DNA of 64,000 nucleotides from Chrysemys picta bellii (GCF_011386835.1 NC_088791.1:100068001-100132000), one strand, 5' to 3'; numbered from the stretch's first letter, positions 1 to 63,086 are shown. The notes: generated by a model not told the origin, from the sequence alone. Numbers and translations: made by a program.

Positions 1-87
1 AACACTGGGATTTGGTGTAAACCTGTCTTCCTTCCATCGTTATGACATTACATTTTCATTCAAAACCTTTCTCCATTTTCAATGTAG

Positions 88-246
88 CCAGAATGTGAAG
101 AATATGGAGATGGAGAGTGACAAGATCATCCCTAAAGAACTATCCACCAAACCCGATTGCACAGAGTTAATAGCACCTGGAACGCCGATTCAGTTTGACA
201 TGGTACTTCCTGCAACTGAATTCCTGGATCAGAACAGAGGTGGCAG
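88..246 (+). CDS. APPL2: APPL2 exon (approx. exon 15)
   Basis: aatgtag|CCAGAAT...GGTGGCAG|gtacag; QNVKNMEMESDK...DQNRGG. Confidence 0.93.
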
Positions 247-3200
247 GTACAGCCAGCTAAAGTTCAACAAATTTGACCAAACGGTTTGAGAGGAAAGGGC
301 TATTCCCTTTACAGCGTTTGTGTATGACCATTCAAACTGATAATGAGAACTTTCATAAAATCAATCTGCTGCTCTGAGCACATATGTGATTAGATTTTCT
401 TAAAAATATTTTTCAGGCGCACAAACCCATTTGGAGAATCTGAAGACAGCAAGAACGATGAAGGAGGTAAACACTTTTTTGGCTCATTATAATGAAGTAA
501 TAGTCACAAGCATATGTATAGGAGTATTAACGGCTTTATAGATGGTTTTTCAGCCCAGTGCTGGGTGCCAAACCAGCAGCCGCTGTTCTCATGACCCCCC
601 CCCCAACAGTAGCCTTGCAACCCCCTTTTGGGTTGGGACCCCCAGTTTGAGAAACGCTGACCTAATATAAGGGGCCTCTGATCCCGACTGAGCCTTATGG
701 GTAGGGCTCTACCCAAATAATGGCCGTGAAAAACGCATCACAAACCATGAAATCTAGCTATTGGAGGGGGGGGGAAGGGGTAGGTCTGGGATGCCCCAGC
801 TGGGGGCTCCTACCATGCACCAGGCTCCAGCTGCTAGTCCCGACAGGGCTGGGGAGGAATGGAACTTCCTCTTCCCTTGTATAGCTACTATTGGGGGGGC
901 GGGGGAGAATCAGACCCACCTCCGCCGACTGCAGCAAGCTCCGTGGCTGCTGCCTTCAGAGCCCAGGTCTGAAGGTATTACAGAAGCAAGGGTAGCAATC
1001 CCGTGACCCCCTTACAACAGCTTTGTGACTCCTCCTAGTGACGCCCACTGCCCCCAGTTACAACATGGTGACATTTCAGATGTCAACATCTGAAACGATG
1101 AAACTGAGTAATTTTACAATCCTACGACTGAAATTAACCAAAATGGACCATGCATTTGGTAGGGCCCTACAGTTCTGGGTTCTGCTGTATAATACAAATA
1201 ATAAATAAGAGCTTGTGATGGAGATGGGCACTTAGCTTAGTATGCAATAAGCAAGGAATTTTAAACAGAAATTTTATCACATGAGATTAGAACCGGAGGC
1301 TTTATGCAAAATTATTGTACAGTTTTTAAGAGTGATAAATAAAGAGTCAGTCCAATTACTTAATAATCAGCCATCCCAGAGCTGGAGCAGCAGTGAGAGA
1401 AAGACCAAGGGTGGTATTACAAGTCAAAAAGAAAAAAACTTCAATAAAAAATTAATCAGGTACAAAATTTAATATACATTTGTCTGCTGTAATTCTTATT
1501 TGTTACACTTGCACGCAGTCCAAGCATTTGGTAAAGCTGGGTCAGACTAAAACCTGGCTAACAGGGAATATGATTGAAGAGGAAATGATGTGAAAGGCAC
1601 AGTTATCCCAAGCTAGGACCCAGTAATTGACCATAGTTTTTTCAGAACAGTTCTGGTAGGAATTAGATATTTGATAACTCTGAACACAGGCATGAATCAG
1701 TGTAGTACAGGAGCCCACTGCTTTGTATTCCAGATTCGCTCTTGCAGCAGATGTTTGTAGTTCGGTTTTTAGGATCTATGGCTGTTCAATCAGATGATAC
1801 AAATGAGGTGATTTATGAAGCTATGAGGCAAGTGTTGGCTGCTCGTGCCATCCATAACATCTTCCGTACAACTGAATCCCATCTAATGGTCACCACCAAG
1901 AGTCTCAGGTAGAGTAAAATTCTTAACACACTCAGCCCTACCATTCTGTTTTCCATTTAAAGTATCTACAGGCGAGAGGGTGTTTTTAAATACACCACCT
2001 TTGTTTCCCCAAAGGGTAGGGGATTTGCACATATGGATCTCTACAGACAAAACAACAAAAGTTTGAACAGGGAAAGCCCCCTTGTTCCAGGCATAATTTT
2101 TTTAATTATAAAGCCGATTGTGTCACTACAGTGGAGGCGGTTATAGCATCCACGCTGTAACCATTGCCTTTTGTAACAGACCAATGACTGGGCCCCCCAC
2201 TCAGATCTCTTTAGAGTGAGACTAAGTTCTAGCAATAAACAAATCCAAAAGTTGCTCTGGTATCATCTAAAAGTTTGAAATTGGGGGTTTCTCCTTACCT
2301 GGGTGGGCCCCAGCTCCTGGGACTTGCTGTTGTAGAGGACTCCAACTCACATTAAAGTGGGTCCTTTCTTGTCTCACACAAGTTAGAAATCATCCCATCC
2401 AAACTTTCAGGATGCAGCAGGGCTGCATGTTACTTCAAGAACAGTAGCAGAGAGGTCTAGAAAGATCGCCTCTGTGCAGACACTCCTACTTCACTTCGAA
2501 TTTGACCTACTGCAAGACTTTAGGCAAATCAGTTCAAGTGCGTACCTCAGTTTCCCCGTGTGTTAAATAGGTATAATGACCCTCTTTCTTTTGTAAAAGG
2601 TTTAAGCCAGTAGCTCTCAAACTTTTTTACTGCTGACCCCTTTTACATAGCAAGCCTCTGAATATGACCCCCCCCCCTTAAATATATAAAATATTTTAAA
2701 TTTATAACACCATTATAAATGCTGGAGGCAAAGCAGGATTTGGGGTGGAGGTTGACAGCTTGCGACCCCGAGGGGTCCCAACCCCCCAGTTTGAGAACCC
2801 CTGGTTTAAGCTATTTGGCCAATGTCATTACAGAGGTGCTCAGTATTCTTACTTAAAACTTTTTATAATTGCAGGTTAATAGATCCTCAAACCCAAGTTA
2901 CACGAACAACTGTAAGTAATTCTTCATCTTGATAGTAAAGTTTAAATAATTGCAACATCTCTTTGATTGTTTCCCTCTGCACTGATAACATTTAATCCCA
3001 GAGATGATTAGTCTCCCAACCTAGTTGAGCTTTTGCTAGTTTTAAAGTTCTCTAATATGCTTTTTCAGTTTGAACTTGCCAGTGTGACGCAGTTTGCTGC
3101 CCATCAGGATAACAAGAGACTGCTTGGTTTTGTGGTCCGTGTCACTGAGTCTCTGGGGGAAGAATCCATGAGTGCGAATATTTTTGAGAGCAACACAGAA

Positions 3201-6088
3201 GGCGAAAAGGTCTTGTGATTGGTTTATATTGTATTTTTATACAGTTTTTTAAAAAAATGAATCCTAGTGTCAGTCTGCCTTTCGGAAGCCTCCTATAGGG
3301 GGAATGTTATAGAAACAGAGTCAGGTGGCTTCCTTTATGCTTAATCTAATGATTGAGGGACATGTGATGGCATAAGCACATAGAAAGGAACTTATGTGAA
3401 TGCTGATCCTACTATCTAAGGTCTTAGGAGTCAGTGTCCAGCAGCAATGCTGGCACCTGTATTGTGACGGCTACCTTTAAGTTGTTGTATGCAGTATAGT
3501 TGTAGCTGTGTAAGTCCCAGGCTATTAGAGAGAGAAGTTGCATGAGGTAATCTCTTTTATTGGACCAATATGTATAGGTGAGACACAAGCTTTTGAGCTA
3601 CACGGAGCTCTTCTTCCGGTCTGGGAAAGGTACATCCAGTGTCACAGCTAAATGCAAGGTGGAACAGATTGTTTAGCATATTCTAAGGGACCAATCAAGC
3701 CCTGAAAAGCACTGTGTGGCTTGAAAACTTGTCTCTCTCACTAACTGGCTTTGGTCCAATAGAAGATCTTTCCTCACCCATATTTTCTCTCTAACTACCT
3801 TTAAGAAAACATGAATTGTGGGATAGTTGAAATAGACTGACAGGGGAGTGGGAGTGTTAACTCATTTCCTAATCTCCCAGACTTCACAACGTCTTATAGA
3901 GAAGACAATGCAGAATGTGTCTCTGGTTTGATATTAATGGATACAGCTGCACATGAGATAACAGAAGGCTGTGCAGAAAACTAGTAGTAAAGATGGGAGA
4001 GACCAAGCCCACCATTTTGTTTTGCATTCTTAAGACCACTACTGATGTGGAAGAACTTTTTTCATTAGTAACTAAGGCCCTGATCCACCTAAGTTAGGCA
4101 CCTGCCTCCCAGTTGATGTGGGTGTTTCTCTCACTCTCCTGTTGAAGTTGTTCAACAGTGTATGAATAATTAGTCATGGAAGCAGGAAGACTTGAGCTTA
4201 GTCTCCCACCTCCCAGGTATGTAGCCTAACCACTGAACTACAGCATCATTCTCTCCTGCCCAATGACTAAGTATTTATCCAAAATGGAACAGCTTCAACA
4301 GGAGAAATTGAGGGAGCCCACATCAGAATAACCCACAACTCAGTAGTTAGAGTTCTGGTGAGAGATGGGAGATCCTCTTCAACCAAATCCTCTCCCCATC
4401 TGCCTGAGGGGGCAGATTGAACCTGGGTCTCCCTCATCTTATGCGAGTGCTCTAACCATTGGGCTAGAAGTTGTGAGGTGGATACCACCACATCCTCCAG
4501 CTGTTTTGTGCAGAGTGAGGCACAGGAAACAAGTTAGCTGCCTCATTCCACGTGCCAGAGCTAGGCACCTCCCTACAGCCTGGAATTAGGCGTCTATCTC
4601 CATGAGGGAGCGGTTCTTAGGATACACCCCTCTTAAGTGGCTCCCCGCCTAGCGTGCTGGTTTTTTGTGGCTCTCCCCATTCTTTGTACAGGGAGTCTAG
4701 GTGCCTGACTCAGGCTTTGTGGAGCTGAGTGTTGTTCCCGTGATTTCCCAAGCATCTAAAAAGCTGTGTGTCATGATGCTTTGGGTCACTAAGGGTCCAC
4801 TGAAGCCACTAGTCTTTCCAGTGACTTCAGTGAGCATTGGAGCAGACCCTAGCTTTGTAAAACAGACCTATTTAGACATGCATTCCTATGATAAGTTTTT
4901 TTAAGAGAGATACTCTAGCTATATGAACAGTCTCAGAGATGAATTTTCATTGCTGATGCTTCATACAAGTTAGTTTTTAGTAAACTTTAAAAATCTATGC
5001 TAAATCCACTTTTTTTTTTTTGCAGATTTGTTATGCAATAAGTTTGGGAAAGGAAATTATTGAGGCTCAAAAGGTGAAGTATATTTGTTTTATTTTGATT
5101 TCCTCTCACCAATCTCTCATTGGAATGCTCATTTATGTCCTGTAAATTTGACGGCACTGTTTGGCTCTCTTACAGTGTATAAAATACAGTACAAACTGAA
5201 GACTACTGCTGCTACTGCACATTGAACACAGACATGCATTTAACTTAATCAGCTAAACAGCACAAGTTTACATTTAATCTGATTCTGCACCAACCTAAAT
5301 CGAATTTAAATATATATGCAATTGTCCACTGCAGGGAGAAAGTCCTTGTCAAGTTTAAAAATAAGCCCTCTAAGTTAGTGAAAAAGGCACCTAAAAATGA
5401 AAAATGGAGATTTCTGCACTAATACTTCACTGTAACTATCCCCAACTCTTCTCCTCGGGGCTGAAAAGTTAGGATGTGTGTTTTCCACCCAAAATAAATG
5501 AAAGTTACAATTGTGAAGATTCATATCAAAACCTCACGATTTACCAAAATTTTCCTACACATTTCTGGTGTCACTGGAGTTCCAAAGCAAGTTAAATGTA
5601 TCAATAGTTTACGCAATAAGCAAAGTCCCCTTCTCCGAGCAAACAGGGTAAACTCATTATTTCTTCAATAGTTGACAAGTTACCCACAATTTTCATCAAA
5701 TATTTCAAGGGCTGGAGTAGTAATTCCAGGCAAGAGCAGCAAATAAAAGCTCTAATCCTGAAAACAATCATGCATGTGTCTAATTTTGCACCAGTAGTCC
5801 CACTGTACTGCAAAGTTGGGACCAAAATCTCATATATAGCCATATTTTAAAATATGTCATGCAGAGAACACAAACCTGAACAGAAGCTCTATGTGCTAAA
5901 AAAAGAAAGATACCACAGCTTGTTGAACTTAATGTTCATTAACATCTTCATTTCAGGATCCAGAAGCACTAGCTCAGTTAATGATGTCCATGCCGCTAAC
6001 AAATGATGGCAAATTCAAATTATTGAATGACCAATCAGAAGAGGATGGAGCCATACCTGAAGAGAGGGGGGAGGAGTCAGAAGCATAA
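88..6088 (+). CDS. APPL2: APPL2 (adaptor protein, phosphotyrosine interacting with PH domain and leucine zipper 2), 3' part: last 7 coding exons encoding the PTB domain and C-terminus
   Basis: Spliced translation ...LIAPGTPIQFDMVLPATEFLDQNRGGRRTNPFGE...SLLQQMFVVRFLGSMAV...EVIYEAMRQVLAARAIHNIFR...ICYAISLGKEIIEAQKDPEALAQLMMSMPLTNDGK...ESEA* matches recalled human APPL2; GT-AG junctions in phase; adjacent to WASHC4 as in human. Confidence 0.96.
417..466 (+). CDS. APPL2: APPL2 exon (approx. exon 16)
   Basis: ttttcag|GCGCACAAAC...GAAGGAG|gtaaac; RTNPFGESEDSKNDEG. Confidence 0.93.
541..659. mobile_element. Degraded hAT-type MITE
   Basis: Ends in CCCCAGTTTGAGAAACGCTG (hAT-like TIR); left end eroded, no clean TSD. 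Confidence 0.45.
702..1169. mobile_element. hAT-like MITE (TAGGG-type TIR)
   Basis: TAGGGCTCTACCCAAAT ... ATTTGGTAGGGCCCTA inverted termini; TSD not preserved. Confidence 0.7.
1734..1908 (+). CDS. APPL2: APPL2 exon (approx. exon 17)
   Basis: ttccag|ATTCGC...AGTCTCAG|gtagag; SLLQQMFVVRFLGSM...HLMVTTKSL. Confidence 0.95.
2450..2585 (+). mobile_element. Degraded CORE-SINE (MIR-like)
   Basis: Core-like ...ggcaaatcagtt...cctcagtttccccgtgtgttaaataggtataat. Confidence 0.5.
2608..2802. mobile_element. hAT (Charlie/Buster-type) MITE
   Basis: TIR CAGTAGCTCTCAAACT/AGTTTGAGAACCCCTG; perfect 8-bp TSD GTTTAAGC (2600-2607, 2803-2810). Confidence 0.85.
2875..2911 (+). CDS. APPL2: APPL2 exon (approx. exon 18)
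   Basis: ttgcag|GTTAATA...ACAACT|gtaagt; LIDPQTQVTRTT. Confidence 0.93.
3069..3209 (+). CDS. APPL2: APPL2 exon (approx. exon 19)
   Basis: tttcag|TTTGAA...GAAAAG|gtcttg; FELASVTQFAAHQDNKRLLGFVVR...SNTEGEK. Confidence 0.95.
3482..3794. mobile_element. Penelope-like element remnant with inverted termini
   Basis: Inverted arms around aagcttttgagcta...gagctcttcttccggtct; 11-bp direct repeat CTACCTTTAAG (3471-3481, 3795-3805). Confidence 0.75.
4076..4729. mobile_element. Unclassified palindromic element containing three tRNA-like (A/B-box) modules
   Basis: Ends ggccctgatccacctaagttaggcacc / ctaggtgcctgactcaggctttgtggagctg; internal IR 4112-4152 vs 4288-4326; A/B-box-like units at ~4191-4240(-), 4338-4390(+), 4415-4466(-). 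Confidence 0.55.
5026..5073 (+). CDS. APPL2: APPL2 exon (approx. exon 20)
   Basis: tttgcag|ATTTGT...CAAAAG|gtgaag; ICYAISLGKEIIEAQK. Confidence 0.94.
5957..6088 (+). CDS. APPL2: APPL2 last coding exon
   Basis: tttcag|GATCCA...GCATAA; DPEALAQLMMSMPLTNDGKFKLLNDQSEEDGAIPEERGEESEA*. Confidence 0.95.
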   Translation, partial: DPEALAQLMMSMPLTNDGKFKLLNDQSEEDGAIPEERGEESEA

Positions 6089-6180
6089 ACTTGTCATGCC
6101 TCATATGCTGGGTAGGAAGGGGGAAAGCAAGGAGTCTTTTTTGCAAAGAGGTCTGGTTTTCAAATGTTTGTGCACACCCT

Positions 6181-6277
6181 GGGCCAGATTCTGTTTTCTC
6201 TTACAGTAATGAGAATAAGGAGTAACTGAGTGTAGTTTCTCTTGACTTACAGTGGAGTGAGACCAGAATCTTGCCTT
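6181..6277. repeat. Short palindromic MITE-like element in the APPL2 3'UTR
   Basis: gggccagattctg ... cagaatcttgcc inverted ends. Confidence 0.5.
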
Positions 6278-7038
6278 CTGGGTTTGTTTGGAATAGCTGA
6301 CAATCTTTTGTGGAGTATTTCAATGTTAGCTCCTTGATGCTGGCAGTCAGCTGAAAAATGCTGACTGTTTGAAGCAAAGGGTTAATGTCACATTCTTCAG
6401 TTTTATACACTTTCGGTTAGTTTGGAGGTGCTGATCACCTTATCATTGACTTCAGTTGGAGTTGTGGATGCTCAGTCTCTCTGAAAATCAGGCCACTGTA
6501 GAAATTTTGTACCCATAGTGATTAGTAATTTCCATAGTTTGCATGATAGTGTATCTGAATGAAGGTTAAGAAAAATGCACTATTTACTTTATTTTCAAAT
6601 GAAGTTTTTTAGTTTCTAGTGTACTTTAAGTGTAACAAGAATTTATCTTTTGTGCTAGTCTATTTACAAAACTATTTGATAAACACTAATTTTTTCCTAT
6701 TAATCTATTTTTGTATTGCACCCAGAATAAGCTTACAAAATAAATTTAAGTGCCTATTCATCTTCATAGGGACCACACTTACTCAATTACAGAATGTATA
6801 AATCCTGGATATAACAACTCCTGGATTTGTTAGTTTTAAATACAACTAAAATGCAAACAGAATCCAGAACTAGTGAAGGAATTTGCATGTTTTGTGTGTG
6901 GTTTTTATATGGTTAAGCTTCTTGAAAGTAACAGCCAGGGATCACGGTCATAAGTCAGTATGTTTATAGCATTAAGTATGGTTGTATAACATTAATTTTA
7001 TGGTGAAATATAAAGTTTGACAGTCTGCAACAGTCTTC

Positions 7039-7062
7039 AATAAAAAAAAGTTTACCAATAAA
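7039..7062 (+). terminator. Candidate APPL2 polyadenylation signals (two AATAAA)
   Basis: AATAAA at 7039-7044 and 7057-7062, ~0.95 kb after the stop, followed by GT/T-rich sequence; usage is inferred. Confidence 0.5.
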
Positions 7063-7451
7063 ATGCTAGATTATAAATCTGTGGCATAGTGACTGGTGTT
7101 TTCACACAGCTTGCTTGAACTGAGGCACTTTGTGCACTGGCTAAGGAGTTTTCTCCAGTTTCATCTGCAATAAGTTAGTTATACAGGACTTGCTTATGGA
7201 GGTTTTGCCATTTTGTGTTGCATAATCAAGAAGCAGCTGGTCGGTTAGATCACTGAAGACTGTATGCAGTGGCAAATACTTTAAAGACAGACAGCACAGG
7301 AAAACCTTCTAAAACTGTCTGAGGGAGGAAAACCCATACAGCATGGGTTCATGCTGTTCTCTATCTAGTTTCATTTAAAAAACTTAGCTGATTGAATTAA
7401 ATCTAAATTTCTTGTTGGGCACTTAAGGAATTAGCTTTTCTGATACTAGAG

Positions 7452-7756
7452 CAGGGATTGTCAACCTTTAGCACGTGGCCCGCCAGGGTAAGCACACTAG
7501 CGGGCTGGGCGAGTTTAGTTACCTGCCGCGTCCGCAGGTTCGGCCGATGGGGGCTCCCGCTGGCTGTGGTTCGCTGCTCCAGGCCAATGGGAGCTGTGGG
7601 AAGCTGCAGCCAGCACATCCCCCAGCCTGCGCCGCTTCCCATGGCCAGTGGGAGCCCCAATCGGCCGAACCTGCGGACGCAGCAGGTAACCAAACCAGCC
7701 CAGCCCACTAGGGTGCTTACCCTGGCGGGCCACGTGCCAAAGGTTGCTGATCCCTT
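7452..7756. mobile_element. Foldback hAT MITE
   Basis: TIR CAGGGATTGTCAACCTTT/AAAGGTTGCTGATCCCTT; 8-bp TSD TACTAGAG (7444-7451, 7757-7764); long internal inverted arms. Confidence 0.88.
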
Positions 7757-9411
7757 TACTAGAGAGCTTAAGGTTAACTAGAACAAGACAAGGAGGATGA
7801 TCTTCCAAAATATCTTTGCCGATGCCCGTTTTGCATGGAATCAATATGGCAGAAGGCCAGACACCCATCAGATTCATCACTGAATGTGAGCACCATGCAA
7901 GTTAATTATAATTAGAATGAAGTATTACTTCTCCAACCCTCTGTGTATTGGTTTGCTCACGTTACTACTGACACAAGCACTGTTCTGTAAGAACAGTCAC
8001 ACTGTTACCAACAGAGAACTGAAACCTGCTTATAGTTCAGAGGACACCTGTTACTGAAGACAGGAAAAAAAATAATCAAAGAATGATGTTCTCAAAATTA
8101 CATTTATTAACTTTCTGTACATAGTGTACTCTACTCACAGAACCAAAAAAAAGACTGAGGTAACAAAATACCCTTTTTGTAAAATGAGTTAGATAATACA
8201 TCTTACATTTGGTCCTTCATACCTGAGAAATTGAAAATGGTTGTCATCAATGGCCATCCGATGAAAAGTTCAAATTTCCCTCCAACTTACAGAATGCAGT
8301 AGGATCTCAGGAATCTGCACTTCAGCAACCCACGAGCCAACAGCTATACACTGGAAGCATATTAGCTGCTCACTGAAGTGTAGATGGGTCAGCTGTTAGT
8401 GGAGCCATCACAGTGGAATCTCTCCCCTCAGCCCCCACAATTGGGCCCAGGGAAGGGGCACATGAGATGAGTCCTGGCATTCAGTAAGTCCCTGAAATCA
8501 GACTAGAGCACATACTAGACTCCTCCCGCCAGTACTGCTGTTGTGGGGGGAAGGAAAATGGGGGTAGGAAAAGGGACGTGTAAGGCTGGACTCTCCTTGC
8601 TGCTTGATTGAAGAATATGACAGCCAATCAGGAGAAGGGCATGAGCTTTTAAAAGGGTTGTTGCTACATGTGTTTCCTGTCACACTCAGTCCAGCCACAG
8701 AAACAAGTGAAAGATGGCAACAGCTGCTGCTTTCTTGCTAGACAGGCAGCTTTCAGCAATGTCCCCCCACCCCTTCCTGACTGAAAGGAAAGGGGGAGCT
8801 AGTCTATCAGTCCTCAGCAAAATGAAGCCAGCTGTGGCCATCCTTGTTCTCTCGCTACCACTAGCTTTTTTGAGTGAAGTGGCAACAGCAGCTTTCTTAA
8901 GATTCTCCCTTCTCCAGACCAGCAGCCCAGAGCCTCATTTCCACAATTGTGCCCAAGCTGCAAGAGCTGCTGGACCAGGTTCTCACTGTAGTAGCACCAC
9001 ATGCAGTTGTAATCCCTAGTGAAATGGACGGGTTTAATGTGGAGCTCTTCCCCCACTGGCACATGTGGGAGTGTGCCCCAGTACTCCAGCTTGAAACTGA
9101 ATGAATCCATACAATGGTTCCCCCCATTAGTGAGATTCTACTGCATAGTGAGATGTTTCAAATACATTAGCTACAGTCCTATATTAACAAGAGCTATATC
9201 ATTGTACATATGTATATATTCACACATACATTACACATCCACATATGCTACCTCTAAACAGGGTACTAAAAATAGCCTTTAGTCCTTCCTGTGGAATTTT
9301 GCTCATCAAAACCACATTAATCTGTTAGCACTATCCAAGATTAACTGCAAAGTATTAAGGGTTTGTAATAGCATTCTTCCGAATTACAGGGCAAAGGGGA
9401 AAAGTGCAGAC

Positions 9412-9417
9412 TTTATT
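9412..9417 (-). terminator. Candidate WASHC4 polyadenylation signal
   Basis: First canonical minus-strand AATAAA I found downstream of the stop (TTTATT on +), ~2 kb 3'UTR; a distal one is at 8103-8108. Confidence 0.4.
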
Positions 9418-11404
9418 ATAGCATAGGTGTGCCATGAATGTACATATTTACATAGTCAATCTACAGAAGTGAGAGAGACTCTAGCCATAGATTCTTCAGA
9501 CCCCCAAGAACCTATGAACTATACGACTGAAGATTGGTCTAGAACAGGGACATATGCACATGCACATACAGGAGCAGGGAAGTTAGCAGTAGTAGCAGCA
9601 CTGCTGAAAATGTTTGCTATTGGCCCAAAGAGGTCAAACTAGACACAATAATTAAAAATAATTACAAATTAAGTATGAAAGTCTCATTGAAATAAAACAG
9701 CACTTCAAACAAATACAAATTAGGGTATGTAGCACTCTTTAGGGCCATCACAGCAATTATGACGAATTGCAAATAAAGGATTTAATGAGTGCAGCCAAGT
9801 AAACGGTTCGTGATGCTTCTGCGTCATGTTTTGAGCATTAGGGGAAAAAATTCCATGCCAGTCTGGTCCCTTCAGTTTCAACAAAACATCATTTGTCCTA
9901 GATTTCTACATGAATCAGTGACTGACGGGGGCAAATATCAGGTGTGTCACACATTATATTAGTCATATATACATAATCAGTGACCAGCTTTGGAGTAATT
10001 ATGAAATCTTTATAAAACAGCATCTTGCACTGTAATTAGGAGAGGAGGCTGGCAACTATGGTCCAATAAAATATACCATATGTGCCAAAAAACTGCAAGT
10101 CATAGTTAAACTAACTGACGTGTTATTTAGCTAGCAAGATATTGTTTTATGTTCTGGGTGATTAAAACATAACAGTCCCTTTTCATAGTTAGTGGTAGCT
10201 GGCATGTAATTTTAAGATAAGACTAGCCATTTGCTTGAGTCAGGAATCTGGATAACTACTGTCTAACTCTTGCACAATCTACAGCACTGTAGTCAGCACA
10301 TGTTTACGTTATACAGAATTCTCACAGTGTACAGCAGCTTTTAGAGCCTGCAGTGCAATTATTGTTGATCATAAAGCATATAAGACTGTGTTTGGACAAC
10401 ACAAAGGGTGTAACAGACCTACAAAGGTAAGGAGATATAGACTTGAGGCTGAAACTTGTGCTTAGGTACTACAGCATTCATGAAATGTAAGATTACTTAA
10501 TATGCACAGACACCCGTTCATACAGTGCCTGGTCATAAGAGGAAGCACTATCTCTGGTTTTCTCTTCTCTGAATTTCCTTACTTTTGTAGATGAAAGTCA
10601 GGCCTTCAGTGTAAACCTAAAGCAGTTTCATTAGCTAATTCCCCCCCTTCTTTGGTATGAAAGAAGAAAAGGCAGGGAAAGTGAGCTACTGAAGGGGCCC
10701 TAAATCCCCTTAGGTCAGCTGATATGCCAATGGATCAATATCAATGAAGAATACAGGCTTTGTGATATGCTAATATTAATAAGGGTTTCTGAACTGTGTA
10801 TCAGTCTCAATTTTCATTCACAAGGTATGCCGAGCATTATTATAGTGTGGTATGTGATTATGGTATTAGGTGCCACATATGCTCCGGATATGATGCATTC
10901 CCAGCACCCAAATTATTTTTCAGACAACAGACACTAGAAATGCAAATTGTCTGCCTTTAATTGTTTTTCCTGGTTGAAAAGATCACAAAATGCCCTAGTG
11001 CTAACCCTGGAACAAAGGCCAACAAGGTCTTAAGTGATGTTTTAAAGTTAGGGATGCGAGAAAACATCTGAAATTAGGGAATTACTAATTTTGATCTGCA
11101 CTTCTGTAACTTAAGATAACGGTTGTTCCTAAATCAAGGTTTTACATGCTACGTTTCAGCTCAGAACAAAATTTTGTAAATAATGTAATAAAGTCCTGAA
11201 AAATAGGGTTTTCCAAAGGAAATACGGACACAAACTCAACTATAGTAGCCCACTGGGTACTGCTACAGTATTGTACCGTTTTCTATTGATTTTAACACAA
11301 GAGGTAAATCAAATCTAGAGATTTTATCCCTACAAAAAGTTATTGGCAAGAACAGGATAATGAATAATTCTGATAGCTCATACAAATAATGCATCCCAGC
11401 AATA

Positions 11405-62299
<50,895 letters not shown>

Positions 62300-62959
62300 T
62301 TAAAGTAAGATCTAGTTTAATCCGTTATTTAGTTTACAACATTGTTTCCTGAAATCACTTTCAGTTAACAAGGTTGACACCAAGAAAATGCAAGTTTTTC
62401 CCTTGGTTTATAAACTCAAACATACCAATTTAAAGGGAAGTTATGTTATTTGCCAAGAGCAGCAAAACAGTTACGTTATTTTTTAGTTTATGCGTATTTT
62501 CAAGACTGACCTTAAACAAGCTAAACTACCAGAGATGTCAACTTTACAACATGAAGATACTAAGTAGATAGCATATACAGACAACACAAATTATGACATC
62601 TTAAACTTAATATTGCACATTAGTTGAAAGAGAGATCCCTAACCAAACATCTATGGTAATATTATACCCTTGAGGCAATGAGTGTCTTATCACTTCTTAG
62701 AACTCACTGGTAACTGCATTAAAAATAGCTGTTCCTACCACTACCTCCTACTTTGATTGCAGGATTACGTTGTCTTAAGTCACCACCCAAAATTCTAACC
62801 ATCTTCAAGCTAACTCTCCCTCTGTCAGAGCATTCTGCTCTACCACCACTCAGAAATTAGATGGCCAAATGAAGCATGGCAGCCCACTCACTGCCAAAAG
62901 TGGTGATATATTCAAGCAACATTCCATTGGGCAAATATCAAGAATATTTGTGTTAGTTG

Positions 62960-63086
62960 GTAAATTAAGTATGCAGGTCACTGATCTTTATAAGTGCTGC
63001 TGCCTGACTGCATACTTCTGGCAATAAAGTGCGTGGTTGACTGGTCAGTTCATAACTCTGGTGTTCATAACTCTAAGGTTCTACTG
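62960..63086. mobile_element. Tc1/mariner Tigger-like terminus
   Basis: gttcataactctggtgttcataactctaaggttctactg followed by TA; left boundary approximate. Confidence 0.55.
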
